A stretch of DNA of 64,000 nt from Dehalococcoidia bacterium (GCA_965247295.1 CBDFGQ010000008.1:578227-642226); one strand, 5' to 3'. Counted from the stretch's first letter, positions 10,129 to 21,072 are shown. Numbers and translations are program-made. Notes: generated by a model from the letters alone, not told the origin.

Positions 10129-11845
10129 TTGAACATCGATCAAGCGAGATTCCGTTCCCCCGGGAGGCGTTTAGACGGTACTGGCCTGACATTCTCGGTC
10201 GATTGCACCGGGTTAAGGATCCACCGTTCGTTGTGGGGGATTTTGGCGGGCCAGGGCGGCTACAGGCCCCTACCGTTGATGCTAGCTGCTGTGTTCTTGA
10301 CCTTGATTGTCCTTCTCCCGGTGCCCAGTAGCCTGGTCGGTTTGGTGGAACGGGCGAACCCACCCGGATACGACATGCTAGAGGCAAACACCGAGACTAT
10401 CGCGGACTCGGTCAATCAACGAAGAGACCCCGATGCGTTCGAGGCCTGGCGGCTGAGCGGAGGGTCAGCCGATACGGCTGCAGGTGTGGATTCCAGCGAA
10501 CAAGTTGCCCGGCTGGCCCTAATCATGATCGGCATTCTGGTCGTGGCCGCCCTTTTCTGGGGGACCGAAGCATTGCCCATATCGGGCACCGTAGCACTGG
10601 TGGCCGTTCTAATGTACGTCTTCAAAATCCTTCCTGCAGGTGAAATTCCCAAGGCATTCATGAATGATGCTGTCTTCTTCATCATTGGGATCCTGGCAAT
10701 AGCGGTTGGCGTGAGCAAGACAGGGCTGGACAAACGCATCGGGCTGCTGTTGTTGAGTCGTATCAACAGCGCCAAATCCTTTGCCTTCGTCTTCTTCCCT
10801 GCCCTGGCAATATGCTCCGCCTTTCTTTCCGCACATGCTTTGGTCGCCCTCCTTGTTCCGGTCATGATGGGCATTTACAAAGCTACCTGCGTTGCACATC
10901 AGGGTCAAGCAAGACAGGATACTTGCCATATTTCTCTTCCTGGGACTCACCTTTGCAGCAAACGCCGGTGGCCCCGGATCGCCCGCCGCGGGCGCCCGAA
11001 ACGCCATAATGGTCGGGTATCTTGCTGACGCTGGTATGCCCATCAGCTTCGCGGAGTGGATGAAATACGGCCTGCCTTTGGTCCCCGCACTGGCCGTTGT
11101 GGTTGGGGCTTACATGTACATCCGTACCAGGTCCAGGTCCCTGGTCTCGAGAGTCAAGCCCAGCGAGGTGGTCAGACTCCAGGTGGCGAGTCTGCCGGGA
11201 TTCAGTAAGGGCCAGGCCATAATGGCTACTATCCTGGTGCTCCTCGCAGTCGCCTGGATCACCCTCATCGATTCAATTGGTCTGGGTGGGGCTACTATCA
11301 CGGCGGTGTTTGCAATGTTCCTCTTCCGTATCGTCGGCTGGGATGATATTCGCGACGGGGTGGCCCTAGATGTCGTCGGGTTGTATGCTGCCGCTTCGGC
11401 GATGGCCGTAGGCCTTGCCTTCACCGGAGGAGCGCTCTGGCTTGCGGACGGCCTTATTGCTGTATTACCAGGCTTCATGAGCGAGGGGAACGGGTTGGCC
11501 ATGGGGGTAAGTATCGTTACCGCCTCCCTGACCAATTTCATGAGCGACGGTGCCACGGTAGGTGCGCTGGGCCCTATCGCCTTGCCCATGGCCGAGCTCG
11601 GGAACGTTTCCCTCTGGAAAATTGGACTGATGCTTTCCTTCGCTTCTTCCCTTGCAAACGTTCTGGTTGTGGGAACTCCCAACAATGCCATCGTCTTCGC
11701 TATGGCCAAGGATCCCGAAACGGGGAAAAGACTGCTGAGCGTATTTGATTTCGTCAAATACGGCCTACCCCTCACATTATTGCTGCTGCTTCTTATGTGG
11801 GGATGGGCGCTGTTCGGCTACTGGTCTTTCTTGTCCTGGCCATAG
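10129..11845 (+). pseudogene. SLC13/DASS family anion permease, frameshifted at ~10900
   Basis: WGTEALP, KTGLDKRIG, ANAGGPGSP..GARN, TNFMSDGA, GTPNNAI over two overlapping ORFs. Confidence 0.85.
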
Positions 11846-12385
11846 CCAGGACAAGCGGGAGGTCAACTGCATGTCCTTGACACGACGGCGTGTCTTGGCT
11901 CACTGCACCATGTCTATTTCTCGGACTTCAGCCGGGATTTGCCAGGAAAGGGCCTTGCCTCAGGAAGCATCTGCTACGGTTGATCGTCTTCTTCTCTTCT
12001 GAACTGCTCCGGGCGACGATGCTTCCATCATTGGGGAATTTCCATATGAACTGAGCGTCGCTTAAGCTCCAGTGAGATACAAATTCCGATGAATTAGACC
12101 AGCTGCCTGGGCTAGTGCCACACCCGATTCATAAACAGAGGAGGCTCCAGCGGCAACGGATGCCCGGTGGACGCAGGCCGGTCAGCTTCTCGGGAGGGAC
12201 TGTCACTACCAAATGGTGGAGACGGGGGAGCCCCCGTACAAAAACGTCTTTTGGGTTCGTATTACGCAGTAACTGTACCGAACTTGCCGTTCGTGCCCTA
12301 TTTACAAGTTGGTGCTTGGAAAGGACGATCGGAACTGACGAACGAGGTCCCCGAAAATTCAGTGTGGTGGCAACGGGGAAACGTT

Positions 12386-12517
12386 TCAGTGTCGCCTCTT
12401 TTGCCACACAAAGTGCTGCTTTAGCCCGTTGCACTTCCCTACTTTTTGGTTCATGCGCCGCACGAACTCCTCGGTCGTCTCTTCCGGCTTTTCTCGCTTT
12501 GGTTTGGACTTGTCCAT
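12386..12517 (-). CDS. Small hypothetical protein (43 aa)
   Basis: MDKSKPKREKPEETTEEFVRRMNQKVGKCNGLKQHFVWQKRRH with GGAGGAG RBS and AT-rich upstream region. Confidence 0.45.
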   Translation of the reverse strand: MDKSKPKREKPEETTEEFVRRMNQKVGKCNGLKQHFVWQKRRH

Positions 12518-12921
12518 GATCGCGTGCTCCTCCGGTTGACCAAACAATGATGGCTCCCGCTGCTTACCGTTAACGTGACCAAAGGATTATTATCTATTCG
12601 AATAGGGCGGCATACTGGCAATTGTGTCTAAATAGAGTACTTACGGATCTACCGAGTTACACCGCCTTTTAGATTCAATTAGCCACGAGCAAGCTGCCTG
12701 AAAGGCGATGTCCCGATACCGGCCAAAGGACAGCCACCACTCTCGGAGTGCGCCCCATGGTTCGGCGTCAACTGGGGCGTCCGATAGTCCCAGGTCATGG
12801 GGTTCGTCAGATAGTTACCCATCCTCCCATTCCCGTTCAAGTGGCCGTTTCATGACTGCGGTGAACTCGACGACCCTGGCTTCTGAAGGGCTTGGGCGCA
12901 GGCGAACATCACATCACGTTG

Positions 12922-13242
12922 CTACCGACGAGGGCCTCGACCACCCCCACCTCCACCTCCACGGTTGTCAAATCCACCCCCACCACCAGAGCTCCGCTCC
13001 GGTCGCGGCCGGGCCTCGTTGACCGTTATGGCGCGCCCGGCGAATTCCTTGCCGTTGAGTGCGCCGATTGCAGCCTCAGCTTCTGCATTGCCCGGCATTT
13101 CCACAAAGGCGAACCCTTTTGGGCGGCCTGTATCGCGATCACGTACCATATAGACCTCTTGAACCTGGCCATGAGCTTCGAACGCCTCGCGTAGCTCCTG
13201 TTCGGTCATTTCATATGCAAAGTTGCCTACGTATATCCTCAA
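12922..13242 (-). CDS. RRM RNA-binding protein with Gly-rich tail
   Basis: RNP2 IYVGNF, RNP1 KGFAFVEM; TTG start. Confidence 0.92.
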   Translation of the reverse strand: MRIYVGNFAYEMTEQELREAFEAHGQVQEVYMVRDRDTGRPKGFAFVEMPGNAEAEAAIGALNGKEFAGRAITVNEARPRPERSSGGGGGFDNRGGGGGGGRGPRR

Positions 13243-13697
13243 ATCCTTTTCCTCTCCTACATATTAGCTGGCTTGGTTGGCGGTAGTTGACCGCCGGCAC
13301 TTGGTAGGGAGGGAGCGATCAGTCGCCCCCTCTGGGATCCTACTATCCGTTCTACCGGTCTGACCGTACGGATGCCCGCAGTCCCGGCACGTAAGGGTCT
13401 GGTCCTCGTAATTCTTTGGTGAACTCCTTTCACAAAATAGTTAGCACGAGCCTAGTCACCGATACAGAGGACGCCTTAGAGAGTCCGGTGGGCACGCTAC
13501 GACTCTATGCACAGTCGAGGGGGGGCACAAAAGACGCTATAAAGAATCAGATATAGGGGTGCAGACATCTACCACTGGATAAGATCATACCACGAATGAC
13601 AGGGGATTGCTTGGCTGGCTGGAGCACCTGCTTGACCATGGCAACTGTCCATGCTGCCATGCACTCGACTGCGGTTCTCCATTTTGCCCATTTGGCA
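12960..13697 (-). repeat. Diverged inverted duplicate of ~29510-30475 (promoter, leader, zinc-ribbon, RRM)
   Basis: Long collinear nucleotide matches by eye. Confidence 0.9.
13352..13416 (-). pseudogene. Deleted remnant of CxxC-x17-CxxC zinc-ribbon gene
   Basis: Matches the first ~45 and last ~25 nt of 29802-30110, joined at GCGGGCA; ATG mutated to AAG. Confidence 0.85.
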
Positions 13698-13868
13698 AGA
13701 AACGACCATATCGTTGGCGTCTGAGTTCACCTTTCAGATATGACCCTGACTCGCCGTCGACTGGGGTCACGACCATCAGCTTGAACGCTAGCGTCATAAT
13801 GCGCAATTGGATCCTCGGCTCCAAACCGAGGTGTTTAAGCGGACCAGATTCGCAGGCGCGTTACTTAA

Positions 13869-14996
13869 CTAGACGAGCGAGGCTCCGAATGATGTCGCGA
13901 ATTGTTCACGTTGCCACTGCCTCACCTCAGGTGACTGGAGCTCAGCACCCAACGTGCAAGGGGCTTTCGCAAGACGTTCAAGGCTTGCCATCGGCCATAT
14001 TAGAGCCGGATCAATAGACAGCTCCCTCCCCAGGTTCACTCGCCACTCTTTCAATATCCGCAGACGCTCAATTTCAATCGGCGTCACGGGTTGTATGCTG
14101 TATCGGATTGGATTACTGATCGGTGGATCGGCCAACCCCCTATGAAGAGCTGCACTCAAAAGCCTGCCAAAACGGGACTCAACCTGCCTCCTGAGTGGGG
14201 GAATTTGGGTTAGGTCGGCAGCCGGGTTGGATGCCAAATATATTAGAGTTTCGTGTGGCAGAACATAGTATGGAGGCCGGTTTCGACGCCGAGCCTCGGA
14301 TTCTCGCAACATGAACAGGCGTTTCAAAATAGCCTTTTCTTGCCCACCTAGCCTGCGGCTGCCTTTCAGCGATAGAAACGCCGTTTCCGGATCCGGGGCA
14401 ACGTAACGGATTTCTTCCAAGCGAGCGCACTCCTCAGAGACCCACGGAGACCTTCCGAGGGTTCGCAGCGCGCTCTCAAGCGCATTCTGCAAACTCAGAA
14501 GATACCAGACATCCATAGCTGCGTAACTCAAGGCCTCCTGACGGAGCGGCCGATGGGACCAGTCGCTTTTTTGAATGCGGGCGTCTTTGGGGACGTGCAC
14601 CCCCAGCAAAGACTCAGTCAGAACTGACAGTCCGGTCCGCTCCATACCGACAAAGCGGGCTGCGATGGACGTGTCGAAAAGGTTACGTACCCGAAATCCC
14701 CACTCTCTATCCAGGCATCGTATGTCGTAGTCAGCACCCTGAATCACTTTTACCACAGTCTCGTCTGCCAATACCTCGCCCATTGGTTTCATATCATCAA
14801 CTGCTAGCGTATCGATTAGATACACCTTGCTGTTGGTCGCCACTTGAACCAAACAGACTCTCTCAGGGTATCTGTGCCGACTATTCGACTCCGTGTCTAA
14901 AGCGATACAGCGTTCCTGGAATAAGATACGCGCGAGGTCAGAAACCTGGCCTGAGGTGGTCAAGAGTTCGATTGGAATCGACGATTTGTGGTCCAT
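13869..14996 (-). CDS. rnd: Ribonuclease D (DEDDy exonuclease + HRDC)
   Basis: IALDTE, CLVQVAT, DYD, FDT, SDWS.RPL, YAA.DV, HRDC RESEARRRNRP. Confidence 0.9.
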   Translation of the reverse strand: MDHKSSIPIELLTTSGQVSDLARILFQERCIALDTESNSRHRYPERVCLVQVATNSKVYLIDTLAVDDMKPMGEVLADETVVKVIQGADYDIRCLDREWGFRVRNLFDTSIAARFVGMERTGLSVLTESLLGVHVPKDARIQKSDWSHRPLRQEALSYAAMDVWYLLSLQNALESALRTLGRSPWVSEECARLEEIRYVAPDPETAFLSLKGSRRLGGQEKAILKRLFMLRESEARRRNRPPYYVLPHETLIYLASNPAADLTQIPPLRRQVESRFGRLLSAALHRGLADPPISNPIRYSIQPVTPIEIERLRILKEWRVNLGRELSIDPALIWPMASLERLAKAPCTLGAELQSPEVRQWQREQFATSFGASLV

Positions 14997-15349
14997 GCTA
15001 TCTATCGTGTCTCAGGGGTTGACAGCACGTAACATGATTCCGACGGGATATTGGATGCTATGTGTCCCGTTCTTAGCCCCCGTGGCATCTTTTGTACTTC
15101 TTCCCGCTACCACAAGGGCACTTTTCGTTCCGACCGACCTTCCCATGTAGCTCCCGGATAAGCCGCCTACCTTGGCAAACAGAGCAGGTACATGCGGGGG
15201 GATGGTCAGAATACCAGTTCGTCCTAGGCATAGTTGCGCGAGCCTCTTGATTGTCACCGAGTTCGGACCGTACCTCTATGAGTGTACCAGGCTTTTGTTA
15301 TGGTTTGGCACCGAGCTGAGAACTTTTGGCATTGAGAACAAGCGCTCGA

Positions 15350-15490
15350 GAAAGGCGGGGGACGCCACCTATATAGCGACGGCCAGCGGCTTCCTGTATC
15401 TGATATCGGTCGCGGACTTGTACGGCCGCTATGTGCTGGCCTGGCATCTATCGAACACACTGGTCATCACCTTCTGCATCGAAGCCCTGT
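15350..15490 (+). pseudogene. IS3-type integrase-core remnant
   Basis: DATYIATASGFLYLISVADLYGRYVLAWHLSNTL..FCIEAL. Confidence 0.75.
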
Positions 15491-15561
15491 GGAGACCGCA
15501 TATCCAAAGCAATCAATAAATTTCGGATTTCCTCCCCTCGTGGAGAGCCGGCGTTTCCCAC

Positions 15562-15603
15562 AGTGGCAAGTTTCTTGCCACTATCACCCCTCTAGGGTAG
15601 AAT
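15562..15603 (+). promoter_or_regulatory. Sigma70-type promoter overlapped by a palindromic operator
   Basis: TTGCCA-17bp-TAGAAT; palindrome AGTGGCAAG-ttt-CTTGCCACT covers the -35. Confidence 0.6.
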
Positions 15604-15641
15604 GCGCACAATCAAGCCCATCCTGTGCATGGAGGGTTTCG

Positions 15642-15896
15642 ATGTCAAAGCGGAACAAGTACCTCGTCCTTGAGTTGTGGAGTGCGGGCACCGACACGCG
15701 ATTTCGCCAAATTTAGGGTGCGTACGATGAGAACTTCGTCAACCCCGGCCCAGGGGGCGAAGAGCGCACGGGTCGCCAGGCAGCTGTGGACGTCGCGCGC
15801 ATGCACATGGTCCGCATTCGGAACGGAAAGGTAGTTGAAGAGTGGGGGATCTTTGACCAGGTTGACTCCATCAAGCAGCCGGGGATGGCCGGCTAG
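15642..15896 (+). pseudogene. Degraded SnoaL-like ester cyclase
   Basis: MSKRNKYLV start with RBS; C-terminal MHMVRIRNGKVVEEWGIFDQ in another frame. Confidence 0.55.
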
Positions 15897-15987
15897 CCTG
15901 ACACACTTCCTCGTTGCCAGCCTGATTCAGGAATACACTTTCAAATCCCGCCGGTCCTGCTAATCTACAGTAAAGGAGAGGAGCCGC

Positions 15988-17547
15988 ATGTACGCAGTAC
16001 CTGACGTCGATGAAGTGGTGGCCGTGGCCAAGGAACTGGGGATCCACCTGGGTCCCGATGAGGCCGTCAAGTACCGGAAGTACCTGATGGAACAGATGGG
16101 ACAGTTCGACACCTTCGTGCAGGCCCGGTTGGAGGAAACCAAGCCTCCGATGGTCTCGGCCGCCCGCAAGCCCGGGTACCGGCCGAGCCCAGAAGAAGAC
16201 CCGCTCAACGCCTGGATGTGGAAGTGCCGGATCGAGGGGGCGGCCGAAGGCCTGCTTGCCGGCAAGACCGTCAGTTACAAGGACCACATCGCTGTGGCAG
16301 GTATGCCCATGAGCTTCGGCTCATTCGCCCTCGAAGGCTTCATCCCCGACTTCGACGCAACCGTCGTCAACCGGGTGCTGAACGCGGGGGGCACCATCAT
16401 CGGCAAGAACGTCATGAACGGACTGAGTGGCGGCTTCGGCACCGGTGGCGCCATCGGCGACTACGGCCGGCCCCTCAACCCCCACAACCACGATCACGTG
16501 ACCGGCGCATCGTCCTCGGGCTCCGCCGCCGCCGTGGCCGCCCGCGAGGTGGACATCTCTTTCGGCGGCGACCAGGGCGGCTCCATCCGTATCCCTGCGG
16601 CTTTCTCAAGCATAGTCGGACACAAGCCCACGTTCGGATTGTTGTCACACTTCGGGATCGGGTTCGGCTCGGACCAGAGCATCGACTACACGGGTCCGAT
16701 GACCCGTACCGTGGATGATGCGGCGGCTACGCTCCAGGCCACTGCGGGTTACGACCCTTACGATCCCCGCCAGACTCGAGACGTCCCCGCCAGCATTGAC
16801 GTGCTCGGCCGGCTGGCCGACGGTGTATCCGGGCTGCGCATCGGCGTCCTCCAAGAGGGATTCGACGATGCCGAGGTCGACGTGCGCGACCTGGTGATGG
16901 CGGCAGTCGAAGTCCTCGCGGAGGCAGGCGCCGACGTATCCAAGGTGTCCATCCCAGAGCACCATGACATCCCTGCGGCCCAGGCCGCGCTCACGGGCGA
17001 AGGCGGCCTTGCCGTGTTCAAAACTGGGTTCTTCGGCGCCTTCACCAGGACCTACTACCCCGCCTCCCTCATCGCCGCCGTTAACAAGATGTGGGCCTCC
17101 CAGGCCGACATGCTCGCGCCACGCAGCAAGCTGTCGCTCATCGCCGCCGAGCTGAGCCGCCGCAACTACCACGGCCGTGTGTACGCCAAGGCACAGAATG
17201 TGCGTCCCACCTACGTCAAGGCCTACGACACCGCACTTGCTAACGTCGACATACTCGTGATGCCCACTTGCATCATGACGGCGCCCAAGAACCACACCCC
17301 GGGCAGCTACCTCGAGGCCGTCGAAGACAACCTCGCGGCGATGAACTGGAGCGGCTCCCGCAACACCCTGCCCTTCAACTACACCGGCCACCCAGCGCTC
17401 GCCCTGCCCGTGGGCAAGTCGTCAGCTGGTCTCCCAGCCAGCATGCAGCTCGTTGGGCGCCTTTTCGACGACCCGCTCCTCATGAGGGCCGCTTACGCCT
17501 ACCAGCAGTCGACCGACTGGGACAAGATCATCAGCATCCATTCCTGA
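15988..17547 (+). CDS. Amidase (amidase-signature family)
   Basis: KD, GASSSGS, GGDQGGSIRIPA. Confidence 0.93.
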   Translation: MYAVPDVDEVVAVAKELGIHLGPDEAVKYRKYLMEQMGQFDTFVQARLEETKPPMVSAARKPGYRPSPEEDPLNAWMWKCRIEGAAEGLLAGKTVSYKDHIAVAGMPMSFGSFALEGFIPDFDATVVNRVLNAGGTIIGKNVMNGLSGGFGTGGAIGDYGRPLNPHNHDHVTGASSSGSAAAVAAREVDISFGGDQGGSIRIPAAFSSIVGHKPTFGLLSHFGIGFGSDQSIDYTGPMTRTVDDAAATLQATAGYDPYDPRQTRDVPASIDVLGRLADGVSGLRIGVLQEGFDDAEVDVRDLVMAAVEVLAEAGADVSKVSIPEHHDIPAAQAALTGEGGLAVFKTGFFGAFTRTYYPASLIAAVNKMWASQADMLAPRSKLSLIAAELSRRNYHGRVYAKAQNVRPTYVKAYDTALANVDILVMPTCIMTAPKNHTPGSYLEAVEDNLAAMNWSGSRNTLPFNYTGHPALALPVGKSSAGLPASMQLVGRLFDDPLLMRAAYAYQQSTDWDKIISIHS

Positions 17548-17701
17548 TCGGGCTAGGACCCGGGCGAAGTGACCAATAGCAGCAGGGTGTGTAGGGTGTC
17601 AGCGCAATTGGACACTATTGAGGCCTAGAAAACCGAGGAGGTTGGGGGTGGTAGAGGCTCCTTCAGAGGGGTAGATTAACCCTAAGTGAAAGGAGTCATA
17701 G

Positions 17702-18103
17702 ATGACCCAGGTAGAGGATCAGGCCAGTCAAGCTGAGGAGCGAAGCCAGGAGACACGAAGCTTCGTGCGTCAGGTCCGTGCAGCGACCCGCCGTAAGTAT
17801 ACCCCTGAAGAGAAGATTCGCATCGTCTTGGAGGGGTTCAGACGGGAGACTACCGTTAATGACCTGTGCCGACGGGAAGGAATCAAACCCCACTCCTACT
17901 ACGCCTGGACGAAGGGGTTTATGGAAGCTGGGAAGGAGAGGTTGACTCGGGACAGTGTGCGTGATGCGACCCGGCAAGAGATAGAGCAGCTCAAGCGGGA
18001 GAACAGTGAACTGAAGCAGCTGGTGGGTGAGTTGTCCCTGGAGTTGCACCGCTTCAAAAAAACAGCTCTGCCGCCCCTACACGACAACGGCACCGGCGCA
18101 TGA
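17702..18103 (+). CDS. Transposase OrfA (type A)
   Basis: Identical protein to 6929-7330. Confidence 0.9.
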   Translation: MTQVEDQASQAEERSQETRSFVRQVRAATRRKYTPEEKIRIVLEGFRRETTVNDLCRREGIKPHSYYAWTKGFMEAGKERLTRDSVRDATRQEIEQLKRENSELKQLVGELSLELHRFKKTALPPLHDNGTGA

Positions 18104-19119
18104 GCGTAGTGGAACAATCGAAGGTCGTGGCTGAGGTGGAGCGACATGGTAGAGGGAAGAACAGGCGACTCAGGGAGCTTGGCATTTCCAGGAGCACGTA
18201 TTATTGGTGGAGGTGGAGGCACCGGCAGGGTAGTTGGGAGGGTACGGAAGGAACTGAGAGGCCCTGGAATCGCCTGCGACTAGAAGAGGAGGCAGTAGTG
18301 CTGGCGGCAGCCCGTGAGATGCCGACCTGGCGAAGCCGGCAGTTGGCGGCTTGGCTCACCGACCACAGAGGCCTATCGGTCTCCGCCTCCACAGTCTATC
18401 GTATCCTGAGACGGGAGGGTCTGGTGAAACGGATCGAATACCAGTTGGCAGCGGGCAAAGAGTACCAGCACAAGACCACAGGGCCCCACCAGCTGTGGGC
18501 CACCGATGCCTCCTACTTCCGTGTAGTGGGATGGGGCTACTACTACCTCGTGACGGTGATGGACGACTACTCCCGGTTCATCTTGGCCTGGAAGGTGCAA
18601 CGGGACATGACGGCCGACTCCCTCATAGAGGTGGTCCAGGAAGCTGTTGACTCTACTGGTATGACTGATGTACCTCTGGAGGATCGGACCAAGCTCCTCT
18701 CAGATAATGGCTCAGGTTATGTATCGCGGGCCTTCCGCGAGTACATGCGGGTGGTGGGCATTCGCCACGTCCTGGCAGCACCCTATCACCCTCAGACCAA
18801 CGGGAAGCTGGAGAGATATCACCGAACCCTCAAAGACGACATTAACCAGGTGCCATACGAGGTGGTGGAAGACCTGGAGGCGGCCATCCGGGACTTCGTC
18901 GAGTTCTACAACTACCGAAGATATCATCAGGCGCTCAGGGTTGTAACTCCGGCTGACGTGCTGGAAGGCCGTCTGGAGGCAATTCTAGCCCAGAGGAAGG
19001 AGGTACAGCGAGAGACTTTTGACCGGCGGAGGCGGTACAATCAGGAGGTCAGAGAAACCCTCAAACCAGGAGCTTCTTCACCCCAATCTCTCGGACCCAG
19101 AACTGTCCAAAACCGCTGA
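18100..19119 (+). CDS. DDE transposase OrfB (type A)
   Basis: One substitution (Q/E) versus copy 1. Confidence 0.95.
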   Translation: MSVVEQSKVVAEVERHGRGKNRRLRELGISRSTYYWWRWRHRQGSWEGTEGTERPWNRLRLEEEAVVLAAAREMPTWRSRQLAAWLTDHRGLSVSASTVYRILRREGLVKRIEYQLAAGKEYQHKTTGPHQLWATDASYFRVVGWGYYYLVTVMDDYSRFILAWKVQRDMTADSLIEVVQEAVDSTGMTDVPLEDRTKLLSDNGSGYVSRAFREYMRVVGIRHVLAAPYHPQTNGKLERYHRTLKDDINQVPYEVVEDLEAAIRDFVEFYNYRRYHQALRVVTPADVLEGRLEAILAQRKEVQRETFDRRRRYNQEVRETLKPGASSPQSLGPRTVQNR

Positions 19120-19128
19120 CACCCAACA

Positions 19129-19260
19129 GTCATCAGCTACTGCGCCCCTCTCGGTTGCTCGATTCACTCGCTCAAAAGTCGAAAACAGAATCCAACCCAA
19201 TATAGCAGCCAGACTTATGGAGATGATCACAGCAGCTCGTAGCAGACTTCCAATTTTCAT
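19129..19260 (-). pseudogene. Truncated membrane protein, probably the N-terminus of a sensor kinase
   Basis: MKI + TM helix directly after the SBP gene, cut by the IS end. Confidence 0.5.
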
Positions 19261-19270
19261 GGCTACTCAC

Positions 19271-20263
19271 TTAACGGATTATGGTCACTGCTAGAGGTTT
19301 AAGCGCTTCCAACCCGTCCATATATATGAATTCCAAGTAATTTGGAACTAATACTTTATCAGTCAGGTTGTTCGCTATGCTCCATCTAGCCTCGTCATCC
19401 ATCGCTACTATAAGAGATTGAGGCAGCGAAGTAGTAAAGTCGTTTTTCGGCCACACGGACGCAATATATTCCTCTTCAACATCAAGCCGTTCCGTGATAA
19501 TCTCTTTTGCTTTTTCAGGGGAGTTTTTAACGAAAGTTTCAGCTGCCACAAGCGCGTTTAAAAATCGCTCAATGGCTTCCCGACGAGCCGTAATTACCTC
19601 ATCTGTGGTAACCATCAAGAAGTAAAAATCTCGGCCACTCTGTCCGGAAAACGTGATCAGATTATCGCCTAACCTGTCACTTATATTATATATATTTGGT
19701 TCCCAGATCATTGCTGCGTCGATCGTACCGGCCACAATGGCGTCGACAAGCTCGGACGGGTTCATGCCAACGATTTCCACATCATCTAGAGAGAGATCAT
19801 TGAACGTCAGAAATCTACCAAGGAAAAACTCTGCTTGCGTTTGTTTAGGGATAGCAATCTTCTTGCCTCGTAAATCGGTTGGTCGACTAATCCCGTGGTC
19901 CTTTCTTGCTACAAGCTCAATCGCGTCAGCTAGGTCAATAGTACTAATTGCTTTCAAATTCTTGTTATCAAAGCTCATACTTACCAGAACAAACTCAGCA
20001 CCAGAGGCAATATCAACTTTCCCATCGATAGCGTCTCTTATTGGTGCGATACCAGTTTCATATTCATCCTTAATCGTTACGTCGAGTCCATTATCCGGAA
20101 AATAACCTTGACTTTCTGCTATCCAAATTAGCGATGAAAACACTCCTTTAAAAACGCCAATGGTAAGTTTTTCTACCGGCTCACTGCTCGACTGCCCGCA
20201 GGCAGATAAACCTATAGCTACGATAAGCAATGAGGCACGGAGTATTAGGGTGGGTGCCTTCAT
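19271..20263 (-). CDS. NMT1/SsuA-type substrate-binding lipoprotein
   Basis: Lipobox LSAC, GYF..GLDV, DLRGKKIA, DAAMIWEP; AT-rich. Confidence 0.88.
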   Translation of the reverse strand: MKAPTLILRASLLIVAIGLSACGQSSSEPVEKLTIGVFKGVFSSLIWIAESQGYFPDNGLDVTIKDEYETGIAPIRDAIDGKVDIASGAEFVLVSMSFDNKNLKAISTIDLADAIELVARKDHGISRPTDLRGKKIAIPKQTQAEFFLGRFLTFNDLSLDDVEIVGMNPSELVDAIVAGTIDAAMIWEPNIYNISDRLGDNLITFSGQSGRDFYFLMVTTDEVITARREAIERFLNALVAAETFVKNSPEKAKEIITERLDVEEEYIASVWPKNDFTTSLPQSLIVAMDDEARWSIANNLTDKVLVPNYLEFIYMDGLEALKPLAVTIIR

Positions 20264-20616
20264 GATGTAGTAGATGTTAGCACCCGACACAGGGCATGTC
20301 GACATTCGATCCTATCACCCCAGGGCCTGCAGCCCATGATCTGCTGGACCTCGTAACCTCCGCTGAACATGATCAGAGTTGGGATGCTTCGCATGCGGTG
20401 GGCGATTCAGCCAGGATAGGAACCATCAAGCGATGGCCCATCACCCGATTGATCGTGTATCAACCAGGAGGTTGATCTTCGGATCAACCTCTCTTCTTCT
20501 CCGGAATCGATGAGTCGGAGGATGTCCATCGAGGGCTCACCCTATAGGCTGTGATTGAGATGGGCCAAAACAAATTTAGATTGCTCATCAACACGCGGGC
20601 TAGAAGGAGGTCCAAA

Positions 20617-21072
20617 ATGGGATTCATGGGTATGTTCGGAGGGGGCAAGAGCACCGGTCCAGAGACTGGGGACTGGGGAAGCGACATGGTCGGCATGATG
20701 AAGATGCTGGCAGGGATGCCCCACATGATGCGCAAGCCTATGATGAAAGGTCGCGTAACCCAGCTGCTGTCGTTGTCTGAGGAGAAGCGGCAGGAGTTCA
20801 TCCGGGACATGATCGGCGCGTTCCACAGCCCCAAGGTCAAGGACAAGGCCCGTGACAGCCTAGTCGCCACGCGGGTAGAGATCGTCGGTGACCTGCCCGA
20901 AGAGAAGCGACGCACCATAATCGCGTCTCGTATCGAGGCACTGAAGGTCGCGCCGGAACTGGAGAAAGCCGACCGGAGGGTACAGGAGCGCGTTCTGCCA
21001 CAGATATCCAAGTCTGCGCGGACGGCATTCACGTCGACCTGGTATGACCTAACGAAGAATAACGGCAGCTAG
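20617..21072 (+). CDS. Hypothetical helical protein, Met-rich N-terminus
   Basis: AGGAGG RBS, open 151 aa. Confidence 0.75.
   Translation: MGFMGMFGGGKSTGPETGDWGSDMVGMMKMLAGMPHMMRKPMMKGRVTQLLSLSEEKRQEFIRDMIGAFHSPKVKDKARDSLVATRVEIVGDLPEEKRRTIIASRIEALKVAPELEKADRRVQERVLPQISKSARTAFTSTWYDLTKNNGS

Larger units (their letters stand above)
17590..19128 (+). mobile_element. IS element type A, copy 2
   Basis: TGTAGGGTGTCAGC...GCTGACACCCAACA; no target duplication. Confidence 0.95.

Noticed and set aside
5904-19128. Inversion or composite transposon between inverted type A copies
   Set aside because: The gene interrupted by copy 1 is collinear on both sides, and swapping flanks yields no duplication
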